64,000 nucleotides of DNA, taken from Mobula hypostoma. Its lineage: Eukaryota. Position numbers and translations under genes: made by a program. Below are positions 12,721 to 25,019 of the stretch, one piece after another. The notes under the pieces are model-generated. The model saw only the letters and a program-made list of their open reading frames with translations, ran no database searches and was not told the DNA's origin. How positions within the stretch are numbered: position 1 is the stretch's first letter; the number at the start of each line of letters is the position of its first letter. The stretch spans positions 123,444,001-123,508,000 of the forward strand of contig NC_086097.1 of NCBI RefSeq assembly GCF_963921235.1, written 5' to 3'.

Positions 12721-13224
12721 TGTTCTATGCTAGAAATTAAATATTATTCATAAAGGTTTATACACATGGAAATGTCATAATAAATAAAGCAAGCTCAAAA
12801 GTTGTCTTATTTAATTGTCTCTATTTTGTACTTGTCAATATTATCCAAAGGGCTAGGATTTATTTCCCATCCAGATCCGCACACCAGAAGATGTTACCGG
12901 GTGGAGAGTTTGAGGATTTTTATGCAATGTTAATAAAGGCATGTTGTGAATTTGCAGAGGAACATTGCAATGGCGGTTTTCCATTGCCTCATGGTAGAAG
13001 TCACTGGTTTGCAAGGTGACATCAAAGGAGCCATAAGGAGTTGCTGGAGCATATCTTGTAGGTGGGCAGCTGCTGTGCTGTGATGAAAAGAGCACATGTT
13101 TTGAGAAGACAGATGCAGTGCGAGCCCAGTAGGCTGTGCTGCACTATGTTTGTCTCTGCTTGAAGGTTATTCAATAACATGGAACAAGGCAAGTGGAGAA
13201 TATACTATTGACCTCTTGACTCAA

Positions 13225-13680
13225 CTGAACACATTTACGAGGAACAGAGTCATAAAAAAGCAGCAGTCATCATCAAGGACACCCACCATCCAGGCCATGC
13301 TCTCTTCTTGCTGCTGCCATTGCGTAGGAGGTACTGAAGACTTACATCCCACATCACTGGATTCAGGAACAGTCATTACCCTACAACCTTTAGGCTCCTG
13401 AATCAGCAAGGATAACTTCACTCATGTCAATGCCGAACTGACTCCACAACCTAAAGACCTGCTTCCAAGGACTTTACAACTCATGTTGTCAGCATTAATT
13501 TTTTTTTAGTTGCACAGTTTGTACACTCTTGCACATTGGTCGTTTGTGGGTGTTTGTCAGTCCTTGCTTATGTATAGTTTTCACAAATTATCTTGTATTT
13601 CTTTTTTTCCAGTGAATGCATGCAAGAAAATGAATCTGAAGATAGTATATGATGACACTGATAATAGATTTACTTTGTCT
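13225..13680 (+). mobile_element. Rex1/Babar LINE 3' fragment
   Basis: KAAVIIKDTHHPGHALFLLLP...FRNSHYP C-terminus followed by the shared tail. Confidence 0.8.
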
Positions 13681-14172
13681 TTGCTTTTGTAGCTGTTGAA
13701 GAGGCCTTAGATGAAACAAGGTAAATCATTTGACAAGTCACACCCAGACTTTGATCAATTCTTGTAGCCAGATTATGTAAATTGATGGACCAGTTAAAAT
13801 TCCGCTAAGGTGCTGATATCAAAGGAAAGAGTCCCTTCCGCTTTCCTGGCTGAACCAGGCCTTTGAGATGGTGATGTGAGGGACTTGCTGGGCCCAAATA
13901 CCCTGATCTAAAACAAACAGAATCAAAACAACTGCAGTTCTAATGAAAGGTTATTGGTTTGATTCTCTGTCCATGGATGCTGCCTGATCTGCTGATTTTT
14001 TCACAGCATTTTGTTATTATTTCAGATTCCTACTATCTGCATCGTTGCATGTACAGTGGTGTACATACAACCCGCTGGAGTCCTGGCAATATTTTATCAT
14101 ATAGGAAGAAAGTTAGAGATATTGACATCATTATTGATATTGTTCGATTCACATTAATTTTCATTAAATTCA

Positions 14173-16165
14173 CATTGATGGCGGAGGGGAGTTACCACCA
14201 ATACGAGCGTTCATGGATGATCTCACCCTTTTGGGTCCTAGCACGGAGGCAGTGGAAAGTGTACTATCTAGACTCGAAGAGCTAATGAATTGGGGAAGAA
14301 TGAAGCTCAAGACCAAAAAGTCACGGAGCCTTGTTCTTAGGAGAGGAAAGCTGGTTGACTTTCATTTCATCCTTTGTGGAAAGGAGATTCCATCCATTCA
14401 GGACCAACTGTTAAGAGCCTTGGGCAATGGTACACAGAGGAGCTGAGAGACACCAAGAGTGTTCAAGAGACAGGAGAACAGATCAGCAGAGGTCTGATGT
14501 CTGTCGACAAGTGTGGCTTGCCTGGCAAGTTGAAGTTGTGGTGCTTGCAGTACGGACTGATGCCACAGATAACGTGGCCACTAACTGTCTATGAAGTGGC
14601 AATGTCCCATGTTGAGGCAATGGACCAGAAGATCAACAAGTATGTGAAGAAGTGACTTGAAGTACCGAGCAGCCTCACCAATGTTGCAATCCACAGTAGC
14701 CAGACAAAGCTTACCATCCCAGTGCAATCCCTTGTTGAAGAGGTCAAGGTAGCCAAAGTAAGATTATTCTTGATGCTTCGGGACTCAGAAGACCCTGTCA
14801 TCAAGAACACCCAGCCGGATGTGAGATCAGGCAGGAAGTGGTCAGTCCATGTAGCAGTTGATGAGGCAGAGTCTAGATTGAAGCACAAAGAGACAGTTGG
14901 GGCTACCCAGCTAGGCCGCCAGGGACTTGGATGGACAACCCACAAGTGGTGGTCATCTTCTACAGGTAAGGAACGCCGTGAGCTTGTAACACAAGAAATA
15001 CGAGAGGTAGAAGAGGAGAAGAGGTTAGCTAAAACAGCTGGCCTGGCCAAACAAGGGGCTTGGACCTAGTGGGAAAGCGTTGAACAATGACATCTACAAA
15101 CGGTATCTTGGAATGTTCTGTGGCAGATGGAACTGCTCCGCATTTCTTTTTTATCCGGAGCAGCGTACGATTTGCTCCCAACACTTCCCAACCTCAGCAC
15201 CTGGTATGAAGGTAAGACAGACAGGTGTGCTGCATGTGGCAAGAAGCGAACACTTCGACATATTTTGAGTGCATGCAGAGTCAATCTTTCCAGCGGCATG
15301 TACATATGGAGACATAACAACGTTCTCAAAGTTGTAACAGAAGCGGTTGAGCAGAGAGTACTGCAGCACAACTTATCTCATGCCCCATGCTGCACAGAAC
15401 ACCGCATATCATTTGTGAAAGAAGGCTCCAAGTCAAGGGTGTACAGCACAGGCTCACGATCAAGCATACTTTCTTCAGCCAATGATTGGTGTGTCAAGGC
15501 CGACCTGGATGGGAAAGGCAGTTTCCCGGAGCAAATAGCTTTCACCACATTGCGTCCAGATATAATCATATGGTCTGACACCAGCAAAGAAGTGGTTATT
15601 GGTGAACTCACAGTCCCCTGGGAAGACAACATCGATGAAGCCCATGAGTGCAAGCTAACCAAGTATGCAGAATTAAGATCAGAGTGCAGAGACAGAGGGT
15701 GGAAGGTCTCATGCTATCCATTCGAAGTAGGCTGCCGTGGGTTTATTGCGTTCACTTTCCAGAAGTGGCTGCGTGACCTTGGCTTCACTAGAAGAGAGAT
15801 CAAGTCAACCAGCAGGGCTGTAGCTGAGGCAGCAGAGACATGGGTGTGGACCAAGTACGTCCAGAGGGGCAGATAGTTAGACAGTGTATCCATCCTTTGC
15901 AAACCCTTCGGTAGTTGCATAGACACCTGAAGAGTAGACTATCTCTTGGATGGAAGCAACCCACAACTCTGATAGAGGCAGATGCCAAGTTTTAAGCTCA
16001 CCAGTGGGAAGTGGTGCTTTAGCACTGCTGTCCCACCACCTTGAGGGAGTCTTGATTGTAAGTGGGCCGAAACTCCTGAAGACAGGTGGCAGATGAACTG
16101 ATGATCCCACTGGTGATAGCACAGGACAGTTAACATCTTAGTCCAAGTGTATTTTCAATTCAATT
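14173..16165 (+). mobile_element. 5'-truncated RLE-type non-LTR retrotransposon, HERO-like (RT C-half, CCHC knuckle, restriction-like endonuclease), with stops and a frameshift
   Basis: LPPIRAFMDD RT motif; CAAC-x7-H-x4-C zinc knuckle; RPDII...GELTVPWE...KLTKY...EVGCRG; ORFs 14213-15876 collinear. Confidence 0.85.
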
Positions 16166-16614
16166 CAGGAATGCTACCAACTCATAGCACCTCCAAAGCA
16201 ATTACATAAAATTTCACTCAAACATTTGTATAATTACCAAAAAAATTACATAACCTTACAGTTTCCCTTAGTGCATCTGAGGTTCCCAGTACCATTATTC
16301 CCATTTCCCTCCTTTTGGCACATTTTTTGTTTCCTTTAAAAAGAAATAAATGACAGCCATAAGTTTCCTCTGCTACAAGGTCATTTCTCAATCAGGCACA
16401 GAATGCCAATGTGCATGTACACAGGAAATATATCAAAATTACTCAATTAAAAGTTAGTTATGCTTTGCGTTTCTGTACATTCCATTGATGAATAGAAGCC
16501 TTTGTACTGGGCCATTCACATGGAATTACAATTTGCATCAATGCAACAAAACCAGATAAGCTTTAGACCTTTTAAATAGCCAAAGATTTTAATCTGTAGT
16601 TGAAAATAATTGTA

Positions 16615-16890
16615 GTTTTATTTATTTATTTATTCAATGAGATAACGTGCGGAATAGGCCCTTCCGGACCCTCAGGCCACGCCGACCAACAACCATCGAT
16701 TTAACCCTAACCTAGTCACGGGACAATTTACAATGGCCAATTAACCTTCCAACCAGTAGGTCTTTGGACCCAGAGGAAACCCACGCGGTCACGGGGAGAA
16801 AACGTACAAACTCCTTAAAGACAGCAACAGGAAATGAACCCGAGTCGCTGGTACTGTAAAGCGTTGAGCTAACCACTGCGTTACTAAGCC
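16615..16890 (-). mobile_element. V-SINE/HE1-like SINE with CR1-like tail
   Basis: Reverse strand gcagtggttagc...gggttcatttcctg tRNA-like boxes; tail ggtccggaagggcctattccgc...(aata)n. Confidence 0.75.
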
Positions 16891-16950
16891 ACCTTCTACT
16901 GTACAAATTAAGAAATAATGAGTACTATTGCTTCAACTTATTCTACAGTA

Positions 16951-17485
16951 TAGTACTGTGCAAAAGTCTTAAGCACATATATACAGCTCGGGTGTCTAAA
17001 CCTTTTGCACAGTACTGTAGTGCTTGTATGTATTGCGCTGTACTGCTACCACAAAAAAAAACACATTTAATGACATATGTGAGTGATGATAAACCTGATT
17101 CTGATATGGGTCTCTACTGTGGATTGAGAGTGGAAGGAGGCAGGGGAAGGGGAATCACTGTTGGGAAAAGGGGAAGGGGGAGAGGGAGCAGGAAGTACCA
17201 GTGAGACTTTCTGTAACGATCAATAAATCAATTGTTTGGAATCAAATGACCTTGCCTCATGTCTCAGAGCCGGGTGAGTTTGCACCCGCGCCAACCCCCA
17301 CTCGGAACTCCTTCTCTGCTACCTGTCCCACACCTCTCCCGCGGCACTCCAGTCTTCCCATTCCCAACATCCTTTGCTCCTGCTAGATTTACAAACTTGC
17401 TCTCCACTCCACGTTGACAAATACAGTACTGTGCACAATTCTTAGACACTCTAGCTATACATGTGCCTAAGACTTTTGCACTTTA
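16951..17485. mobile_element. Composite Tc1/mariner-type MITE; each end is a ~67-bp TIR-TIR palindrome (TIR ~cagtactgtgcaaaagtcttaggcac)
   Basis: 16951-17017 and ~17424-17485 are each self-complementary and are reverse complements of each other; a second copy lies inverted at 58981-59447. Confidence 0.75.
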
Positions 17486-17889
17486 ATAGTACCCTGACCT
17501 ACACCATTAAAATACAATTATAATAATTTATAATTATTATAGATATAACATTAAAGTATATGTCACTTATAATTGATCGTAAAATACCTTATGTAAAATA
17601 CCAGTGTGGATAACTTGATACACCTCAACAGTGAACTGACTCTACAACCAAAAGACTATTACAACCATCACTCCTACAACCATCATTCTCCTGAAAAAGT
17701 TAACTGAATCAATTTCAAGGACTCCACAATTCAGTAGATATTATTTACTTTTTTATTATTTGTATGATTTGTCTTGCACATTGGTTTGTTGTCAGTCTTT
17801 GTTATTTATTATTTTTCATAAATTCTATTGAATTTCTATATTTCTCTATAAATGCCTGCAAGAAAACGAAACTCAAGGTAGAACATGGT

Positions 17890-18110
17890 GACACACAAAA
17901 TACTGGAGGAACTCAGCAGGCCAAGCAGCATCTACGGAAAGGAATAAACAGTCGACGTTTCAGGCTGAGAACCCTCGTTACCCCGATGAGGGGTTTCTGC
18001 CTGAAACGTCAACTGTTTATTCCTTTCCATAAATGCTGTCTGACCTGCTGAATTCCTCCAGTACTTTGTGTATGTTACTCTGGAATTCCAGCATCTGCAG
18101 ACTCTCTTGA
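17890..18110. mobile_element. Inverted dimer of a Penelope-like pseudo-LTR inserted in a Rex1 tail
   Basis: Two ~90-bp arms in opposite orientation meeting at ~17980 within the hammerhead-like core. Confidence 0.75.
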
Positions 18111-18560
18111 GTATATAGTGACATATATGCACTTTGATAATAAATTTACTTTGAACTTCTTTTTCCATTGCAAGACAGCAAGAATCCAAAGAATATTAAA
18201 TAAAAATCATGAAACCTTCACTGTTATTTGGTTACATGAGAAGCAATCAGATAAGAGATCATCAATATAATAAAAGCACTCTAGGGTTGAAAACAACAGT
18301 GGTTATAAACTTCACCTTTGTACAAGTAATAAAGAGTGGTCTAGGTACTATGCATTTTCTATAATTTTCCTGTAAACAACTTGCTGTTTCCAGAATTTAA
18401 ATCTGGATCAGATTTAAACTAGCCTAAAGCTAATGCAAACTATGATTTTAAATATTTGCCTCTTTAGTTTCTTTTTGGAGATCAGAGGTTAGACTGTGAA
18501 CCATTATTTAACTAAGTTACATTTTTGTAGTCAGGCAAAACAAACTTTTACTTACCCAGT

Positions 18561-18816
18561 TGTTATGTTTTGTAACTTTAAAACATGAAACTAATTCAAA
18601 GGAAGAGATGGAAGTCCAAAAAGTGAGTCTAACTTCAGGTTTACTTCAAACGAGGCGCATGTGTATCATGTGCTAGCATGATGTAGTATGCAATTAACAT
18701 ATTTTCATATATAACCCATAATTAATGATTTAATCGAACAGGAATGCTTAATCAACCTATATATATGTACACACACAAGATTACTCAAATATAACTGAAA
18801 TATTAAGTACGCACCA
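18561..18816. mobile_element. Possible solo LTR
   Basis: Begins tgttatg and ends ...gcacca; no convincing TSD. Confidence 0.3.
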
Positions 18817-19060
18817 AATATAGTTGGTAATTCTATGTAATAGTGAAAAGATTCTGGAATATACCAAGAGTTCTTTTTCACTGGATCATTAATTGATATA
18901 TCTATTGCTATTATAAAGGAGTGGCTTATTTCATCATTCTGTGGTTGGTAAAGGAATTAGAATCATGTTGAGGATTAAATGAACAAATCGGTAAGTTTTG
19001 TTTCCATTTGGAAGCCAGGCAATGAATTCCCTGACAGAGTTACTGAAAAATAAGAACATA

Positions 19061-19553
19061 CGCTCGTGGCCACTTTATTAGGTTTTTACATGTTGTGTGT
19101 TCGAAGCTGCTCTTCTGCACACCACTGTTGTAATGCATTGTTATCTGAGTTTCGGCTGCCTTCCTGCCAGCTTGAACCAGTCTGGCCATTCTATTCTGAC
19201 CTCTCTCATTAACAAGGTGTTGTTGCCCACAGAACTGCTGTTCACTGGATGCTTTTTTGTTTTTCACACCATTCCCTGTAAATTCTAGAGACTGTTGTGC
19301 ATGAAAATCCCAGCAGATCAGCAGTTTCTGAGATACTCAAACCACTCCATCTGGCACCAACAAATATTCCATTGTCAAAGTCACTTAGATCAAATTTCTT
19401 CCCTATTCTTATGTTTGATCTGAACAACAACTGAACCTCTCGACCACGTCTGTATGCTTTTATGCATCAAGTTGCTGCCATATGATTGACTAGTTAGACA
19501 TTTGCATTAACGGGCAGGTTTACAGGTGTACCTAATGAAGTGGTCACCAAATG
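19061..19553 (-). mobile_element. Tc1-like non-autonomous element
   Basis: GKKFDLSDFDNGIFVGARWSGLSISETADLLGFSCTTVSRIYREWCEKQK; degenerate TIRs at both ends. Confidence 0.85.
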
Positions 19554-19871
19554 TAGGTGCAAGTATAGACTAAGAGGTGAAATAATTCAAGACAATAGAT
19601 TCTGTCCTGTTTAGGCAAAAGTACCAGGAAATCAGACAACTTCTTAGACTATCCTCAGTTCAACTTGATAATAGGCAGTGGTCTCTGAAGATCAAAGGGT
19701 GGATCCCATCAGGAAAGCATTGAGCAAATCCTCAGCAAACTTTGATGATCATGTGTTTTTTTTTCATTTTCATAAGTCTGACTAAATCACGCAGAGAGAT
19801 ATTTGCCATGGAAGTCAATAGATTAGATGAGGATTGTTCTGGGTAGCCGGTAAATGCCTTTATGCTTCCTA

Positions 19872-20068
19872 TGCTAACATAGCATGCCCACTACTCACAA
19901 CCCCAACCTATACATATTTGTAATGTGGCAGGAAACCAGAGCAACTGCAGGAAAGCCATTCTATTACAGGCAGAATGTATAAACTTCTAACAGACAGCAG
20001 CAGGAATTGAACCCCAATCAATTTTACTCCTGGCATTGTAAAGCCTTGCATTGCTGTGCTGCCCCAGT
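19872..20068 (-). mobile_element. V-SINE fragment
   Basis: Homologous to 3563-3860. Confidence 0.65.
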
Positions 20069-20199
20069 AGTTATCAAAAATAAATACAACTTCCAACTTC
20101 CATCTACTTCCAGTCATCAGTTATGACAGAACTTACATGCTATAATGGGTTACTAAAACAAAGTCAGACAGCATCGCCAACAACAGCGTTTCCTTCCCA

Positions 20200-20528
20200 A
20201 TCAGCTTAACACTTTCAATGAATGGTTTGAACATGAGAGGATTGGAATGTCTCCACCAAACCCAATAGCTTCTGAAACCCACAGGCACTATTGCCAACAT
20301 AAGATCAGTCTTCTGGAGACTGAATCTGGGAAAAGCATCTAACCCAGATCCTGTGTAGATCAGCTGGTGCAGACGTTTTTACTATTCCCTACTTAAATAT
20401 AAGGTTCCCACATTGCTTTCAGAAGACCATTGTCAACCCAGTACCCAAAAAAAACAAGATAACATACCCTAATGACTGCTGCCCAGTGGCTGACATCCCC
20501 ATCATGAAATGCTTCAAGAAGCTGGTCC
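20200..20528 (+). mobile_element. Rex1/Babar LINE, RT N-terminal fragment
   Basis: Degenerate ...KTIVNPVPKKNKITYPNDCCPVA...IMKCFKKLV. Confidence 0.75.
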
Positions 20529-21115
20529 ATAAGACCATAAGACATAGGAACAGATTTAGGCCATTCAGCCCATCGAGTCTGCCTGTCCATTCAATCATGG
20601 CTGATTTATTGTCCCTCTCAACCCCATCCTCCTGCCTTCTCCCCGTAACCTTTGATGCCCTGACTAATCAAGAGCCCATCAAACTTTTCTTTAAATATAC
20701 CCAATGACTTGGCCTCCACAGTTGTCTGTGGCAATGAATTCCAGAGATTCACCACCCTCTGGCCAATACATTACTCCTTATTTCAGTTCTCAGGAACATC
20801 CTTTTATTCTGAGGCTGTGCTCTCTGGTCCTAGATTCTTCCACGACTGGAAGTGTTCTCTCTCCATATCCACTCTATCCACTTCTTTCAATCGTCCAATC
20901 AATGGGATCATCCTTTATCCTTTTAAGCTCCGGTGATTAGAGTCCCAGGCCATCAAACACTCTACTTATGTTATCCCTTTCATCCCCAGGATCATTCCTG
21001 TAAACCTCCTCTGGAATCTCTTCAATACCAGTCCTTCCTTAGATATGGCACCCAAAGCTGCTTACTGTACTCCAAATGTGGTCTGACCAATGTCTAAAAA
21101 GTATCAACATTGCAT
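20529..21115 (-). mobile_element. CR1 3' fragment (probably continues at ~24372-24515)
   Basis: (cataaga)n tail; ORF2 C-terminal homology. Confidence 0.8.
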
Positions 21116-21117
21116 CA

Positions 21118-24100
21118 TAAACACAAGAGTTTCATAAGATGCTAGAAATCTTGAGGGACACATGAAATGTGCTGGAGAAACTCAGCAGGTCAGGCAGTAT
21201 CTAGGAAAAGGAATAAGCATTCAACTTCTTAGGCCAAGACTCTTCATCCGGACTGGACAGGAAGGGAGAAGATGCCTGTAAAATGAAGTGGGGAAGGGGA
21301 AGGAGTACAAGATGGCAAATGATAGATGAAGCCAGGTGAGAGGAAATGTGGAGGAGTGTGGGAGTGGGGATGAAATAAGAAGCTGAGAGGAAAAGGTTAA
21401 GGGCTGAAGAAGAAGGAATCTGATGGGAGAGTGGGCCATGGAAGAAAGGAGGAAGGACAATAGACAATAGGTGCAGGAGTAGGCCACTCGGCCCTTCGAG
21501 TCGGCACCACCATTCACTGTGATCATGGCTGATCATCCACAATTAGTATCCACTTCCTGCCTTATCCCCATAACCTTTGATTCCGCTATCTTTAAGAGCT
21601 CTATCTATCTCTTTTTTGAAAGCATCCAGAGACTTGGCCTCCACAGCCTTCTGGGGCAGAGCATTCCATATATCCACCACTCTCTGGGTGAAAAAGTTTT
21701 TCCTCAACTTTGTTCTGAATGGCCTACCCCTTATTTGTAAACTATGGCCTCTGGTTCTGGACTCACCCATCAGCGGGAACATGCTTCCTGCCTCCAGCAT
21801 GTCCAATCCCTTAATAATCTTATATGCTTCAATAAGATCCCTTCTCAGCCTTCTAAATTCCAGAGTATACAAGCCCAGTCGCTCCAATCTTTCAACATAT
21901 GACAGTCCCGCCATCCCGGGAATTAACCTTGTGAACCTACGCTGCACTCCCTCAATAGCAAGAATGTCCTTCCTCAAATTTGGAGACCAAAACTGCACAC
22001 AGTACTCCAGGTGTGGTCTCACCAGGGCCCTGTACAGCTGCAGAAGGACCTCTTTGCTCTTATACTCAATTCCTTTGTTATGAAGACCAGCATGCCATTA
22101 GCTTTCTTCAATGCCTGCTGTACTTGAATGCTTGCTTTCAGTGACTGATGTACAAGAACACCTAGATCTCGTTGTACTTCCCCTTTTCATAGCTTGACTC
22201 CATTTAGATAATAATCTGCCTTCCTGGTTTTACCACCAAAGTGGATAACCTCACATTTATCCACATTAAACTGCATCTGCCATGCATGTGCTCACTCACC
22301 CAGCCTGTCCAAGTCACCCTGCATTCTCATAACATCCTCCTCACATTTCACACTGCCACCCAGCTTTGTGTCATTGGCAAATTTGCTAATGTTACTTTTA
22401 ATTCCCTCATCTAAATCATTAATGTATATTGTAAACAGCTGCCGTCCCAGCACTGAACCCTGCAGTACCCCACTGGTCACTGCCTGCCATTCCGAAAGGT
22501 ACCCGTTAATCACTACTTTTTGTTTTCTGACAGCCAGCCAATTTTCAATCCATGTCAGTACTCTGCCCCCAATACCACGTGCCCTAATTTTGCCCATTAA
22601 TCTCCTATGTGGGACCTTATCAAAGGCTTTCTGAAAGTCCAGGTACACTACATCCACTGGCTCTCCTTTGTCCATTTTCATAGTTACATCCTCAAAAAAT
22701 TCCAGAAGCTTAGTCAAGCACAATTTTCCCTTCGTAAATCCATGCTGACTCGGACTGATCCTGTTACTGCTATCCAGATGTGTCGTAATTTCATCTTTTA
22801 TAATTGACTCCAGCATCTTTCCCACCACTGACGTCAGGATAACCGGTCTGTAATTCCCTGTTTTCTTTCTTCCTCCCTTCTTGAAGAGAGGGTCAACATT
22901 AGCCACCCTCTAATCCACAGGAACTGATCCTGAAACTACGGAATATTGGAAAATGATTACCAATGCGTCCACGATTTCTAAAGCCACCTCCTTAAGTACC
23001 CTGGGATGCAGGCCATCAGGTCCCGGGGACTTATTAGCCTTCAGACCCAACAGTCTATCCAACACCATTTCCTACCTAATATAAATTCCCTTCAGTTCAT
23101 CCATTACCCTAGATCCTTTGGCCACTATTACATCTGGGAGAATGTTTGTGTCTTCCCTAGTGAAGACAGATCCAAAGTACCTGTTCAACTCGTCTGCCAT
23201 TTCCTTATTCCCCATAATAAATTCACCCGTTTCTGTCTTCAAGGGCCCAGTTTTGGTCTTAACTATATTTTTTTGCTTTTCACATACCCAAAGAAGCTTT
23301 TACTATCTTCCTTTATATTCTTGGCTAGTTTACCTTCGTACCTCATTTTTTCTCCACGTATTGCCTTTTTAGTAACCTTCTGTTGCTCTTTAAAAGTTTC
23401 CCAGTCCTCCAGCTTCCCACTCATCTGTGCTATGTTATACTTCTCTTTTATTTTTATACTCTCCATTACTTCCTTTGTCAGCCACAGCCTCCCCTTACTC
23501 CCCTTGGGATCTTTCTTCCTCTTTGGAATGAACTGATCCTGCACCTTCTGCATTATTCCCAGAAATACTTGCCATTGTTGTTCCACTGTCATCCCTGCTA
23601 GAGTATTGTTCCATCGACCCTTGGCCAGCTCCTCCCTCATAGAACCATAATTCCCTTTGTTGAACTGTAATACTGACACTTCCGAGTTTCCCTTCTCCCT
23701 CTCAAATTGTAGATTAAAACTTAACATATTATGGTCACTACCTCCTAATGGCTCCTTTACCTCAAGGTCCCTGATCAAATGGGGTTCATTGCACAACACT
23801 AAATCTAGAATTGCGTTCTCTCTGGTAGGCTCCAGTACAAGCTGTTCTAAGAATCCATCTCAGAGGGACTCCACAAATTCCCTTTCTTGTGGTCCAGTAC
23901 CAACCTGATTCCTCCAATCTACCTGCCTGTTGAAATCCCCTGTAAAATCTGTAGCATTACATTTGCGACATGCCAACTTTACCTCTTGATTCAACTTACA
24001 CCCTACATCCAGACTACTGTTTGGGGGGCCTGTAGATAACTCCCATTAGGGTCCTTCTACCCTTAGAATTTCTCAGTTCTATCCATACTGACTCTACGTC

Positions 24101-24371
24101 TCCTGATCCTATGTCCCCCCTCGCAAGGGACTGAATATCATTCCTCACCAACAGGGAGGTGATAGGCAGATGAGGAGAGGTGAAGGGATAGGAGAGAAGC
24201 CAAAATCAGGTAAGGAATTAGAAGTTAGAGAAATTAATGTTCATGCTATCAGGTTAGAAGCTATCCAGAAAGAATATGAGCTGTTGCTTCTCCAACCTGA
24301 GTATGGCTTCATCATGGCAGTAAAGGAAGCCATAGAATGACACATCAGAATGGGAATGGGAAGTCGAATTT
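21118..24371 (-). mobile_element. Penelope-like element 3' part, split by CR1 at 21458-24152
   Basis: Pseudo-LTR at 21118-21255; reverse strand of ~24220-24300 reads RLEKQQLIFFLDSF*PDSMNINFSNF* (GIY-YIG C-terminus). Confidence 0.75.
21458..24152 (-). mobile_element. 5'-truncated CR1 LINE (APE C-part plus RT), disrupted
   Basis: ORFs 23263-23799, 22292-22906 ([24 protein letters not shown]) and 21543-22022; (ctattgt)n tail. Confidence 0.95.
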
Positions 24372-24519
24372 GGTCCCAAAGTCACCCTGTTCCATTATCC
24401 ATTATCATTATTCCATTATAATTTGAAAAGTAATGGACCCAACACTAACACCATTGGTCATGGCAGCCAACCAGAAATGGCCCTATTTATTCCCACTCTT
24501 TGCCTTCTGCAAACCTTTC

Positions 24520-24980
24520 CTTCAATGTCCGTGAAACAAAAGAGCTGGCCATTGACTTCAGGAAGGTGGGGTTGGTGCGATGCACATGCTCCTGACTGCA
24601 TTAACGTGGTTGAGATTGAGATGATTGAAAGCTTTCAGTTCCAAAGGGTGAACATCACCAATGGCGTGTCCTGATCCAATGGACACCACGTGGACACCAC
24701 AGCCAAAAAGCTCAGAGATGCCTCTACTTTCTCAGGAGGCTAAAAAAAATTAGCCTGTCTCCTTTGACCCTCCCCATCATAGAAAGCATGCAAATGTAGC
24801 ACTGCTTGGTACGGCAACTGTTCTGCCTTTGACTGAAAGAAACTATACAGCTGTGGACACAGTTTAGCACATCACCAAACCAGCCTCCTCTACATGGGCT
24901 CTGTCTAATCTTTTCAATGCGTCGGTAAAACAGACAGCATAATCAAAGAACTTATCCACCCCAGATGCTCTCTCTTCTTT
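24520..24980 (+). mobile_element. Rex1/Babar RT C-terminal fragment; 3' UTR resumes at ~26325-26411 and 29947-30076
   Basis: NVRETKELAIDFRK, ESFQFQRVNITNGVS and AKKLR..LYFLRRLKK motifs. Confidence 0.8.
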
Positions 24981-25019
24981 ATTTCTTTTACTTCTTTTAA
25001 ATATGATTCTACTACTAAG

